Positions 62,216-64,000 of a stretch of 64,000 nucleotides of DNA are shown here, in pieces; position 1 is the first letter of the stretch, and every line of letters begins with the position of its first letter. The stretch spans positions 1,327,696 to 1,391,695 of the forward strand of contig MU058540.1 in assembly GCA_013265495.1 (NCBI GenBank), in the 5' to 3' direction. The notes under the pieces are model-generated. The model did not search any database and was not told the origin of the DNA. It was given only the letters and a program-made list of their open reading frames with translations. The position numbers and the translations under genes are program-made. This DNA is from Vicugna vicugna. Lineage: Eukaryota.

Positions 62216-64000
62216 TCCCTCTTGAAACATTTCAAAATTTTTTTAAAATAAAAGGGAGGCAGTACCAAGCAAGGAGGAAAAATCCTATAGCATCACACAG
62301 GCCAGTGAAAAGGCAGTTCAACAATTTTTCCTAACCTTCTTTTGTTACTGGTAGGATGTGCTTAAATTTCCTATCAGGCCCAGAGGACCCTGCCCAGACC
62401 TAGAGACCATCTACCATCACCACACAGTAGTAACACTATAGTAAAGGCCAAGTTACCTGTGACTTGGAATGAGGAGGATAAACAGTAAACTCTGAGAAGA
62501 TTCTTCTGAGGCCTCAAGTCTTCAAGAAATTCTCTGTGAGGCAATGCAAAGCAGAATCAGATTAGATTAGAGTGAAGAGGGCTTTTCATTTATAGTCTGA
62601 GCTAATAATCCCCAGAGTTTTGATTGTTGTTAATTATCTGCATTTGAGCAGGACCATTTGAACAGGCAAATTCCTGAATGAGTCATAATCCACAGAAATG
62701 AAATAAAAAAAAGTGCCCAAGCTTCTCACTGTATTACACAAGAGCAATATTGACTAGTTAGAAATCAAAGGTAACATTTGGCTCCAGGTCTGTTGGTGGC
62801 CTCCACCAACCTTCTTGGGTAGGTCAAAGGCCTTTATGGATGGCTAGGCTTGTGGTTGATGGCTGATAGCCGCCTCGTAAGATCCTCCATGTTCCACACC
62901 CACACATAGCATGGCACAAAGGTTAGAGGAAACTGACTTGGACTAGTGGTAGCAGGTCTCATGGTGAAGAGACCTTAACTGAACAAGCGGAAAGCTTTAG
63001 GATAAGAGTCAGCCAAACATTTTTCAAATGAGTAATTTATTTTTTAATAATAGAGGGTGTTTTTGTCCTGTTATGTTTCCAAATTCTACAATTTTATTTT
63101 TCCTCTAGGAAGTTCGTCTGGACACCTCACCATTCCCACAAAAGACTGACTACCCCAGTGGCTAAATCAATCCTTTCATTTCCACAGCAATTGCTTCTTC
63201 ACAAAGAGGTTCCATTTCTATTATTTTATTTGATTCTCATGCTATTTGAGTCATAAAAAACAGGAATAATGACAATAACACTAATACCAAGTATTTGATA
63301 TTATTGAATGAAAGAAGCCAGTCAGAAGATCTTTGCAGTGCTTTTTGCTTTTACCTTTTGTGGTGCCTTTTTAAAATTTGGGGTTCTTTCTCCCCAGTTT
63401 TTGAGTTAAACATAGCAGTAATTTGTTTTCCCCCTGAAAGTCCTTAACTCTCTAAACCACCTTCCTTCTGATAAAAAGCAAAGCTTCATTTCTTAGCTCC
63501 TCTCCAGGGAAGTCCCTTAAGGTCATACAACCACAGCTGATTTTAAACAAAGCTGTGGTGTGTATCTCCTACACTCTTTCTGCTTCAGACACAGGATTAC
63601 CTTGCCACATAGTTCTTGTTTTTGTTTACTCTGACCTAAGGGGTCATTTGGATTACAAGTGAGTCAGTCAAAACACTAGAAGAAGGAAAAGACACATAGC
63701 AACATGTCTCTGTTATGAGTGAATCCTCAGACATTCAGAATTCCAGGGTAGAGAGACTTGGAGTGACTTTCCTGTGGCCCTGAGCTAGGAGCAGACCTGA
63801 GTCTAAAATTCTAACACTATGGTAGATTTCTCAAATGAGTCTCAATCAAAGGAAATTGATACTTATATAAAACTAGGTTTAAAAAGACTAACTAAAAAAT
63901 AAGTACAATATCATCCCACTTTTTTGGAAAAAAAAACTACATTTATAAACATTTATAAGTACTAAAATAGGTACCAAAATGTTAATAAAGGTTATATTTC

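Overview
Mammalian genomic DNA, probably from a camelid (inferred from several tRNA-derived SINEs resembling vic-1). It contains the 5' part of ILRUN (C6orf106) on the minus strand: a CpG-island promoter, coding exon 1 (50033-50190), exon 2 (13664-13818) and exon 3 (7766-7963), all with canonical GT-AG junctions and compatible phases. Later exons lie to the left of the window. The rest is intronic or upstream DNA rich in old repeats (L1, L2, MIR, MaLR/ERVL LTRs, DNA transposons). The main feature is a pair of full-length, long-dead Tigger1-family transposons in inverted orientation, one in intron 3 (4669-7042) and one in intron 1 (23256-25620), which bracket exons 2-3. Their outer ends are about 27% diverged, as expected for ancient independent insertions. 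Their 2.2-kb interiors are almost identical (by eye, one substitution and one 3-bp indel), share the same disabling lesions, and are CpG-rich. This points to recent or recurrent gene conversion. It predicts a near-perfect 2.2-kb RNA duplex in the pre-mRNA that loops out exons 2-3, with possible back-splicing, exon skipping, A-to-I editing and an inversion hotspot. Repeat family names and most repeat boundaries come from visual recognition and are approximate.
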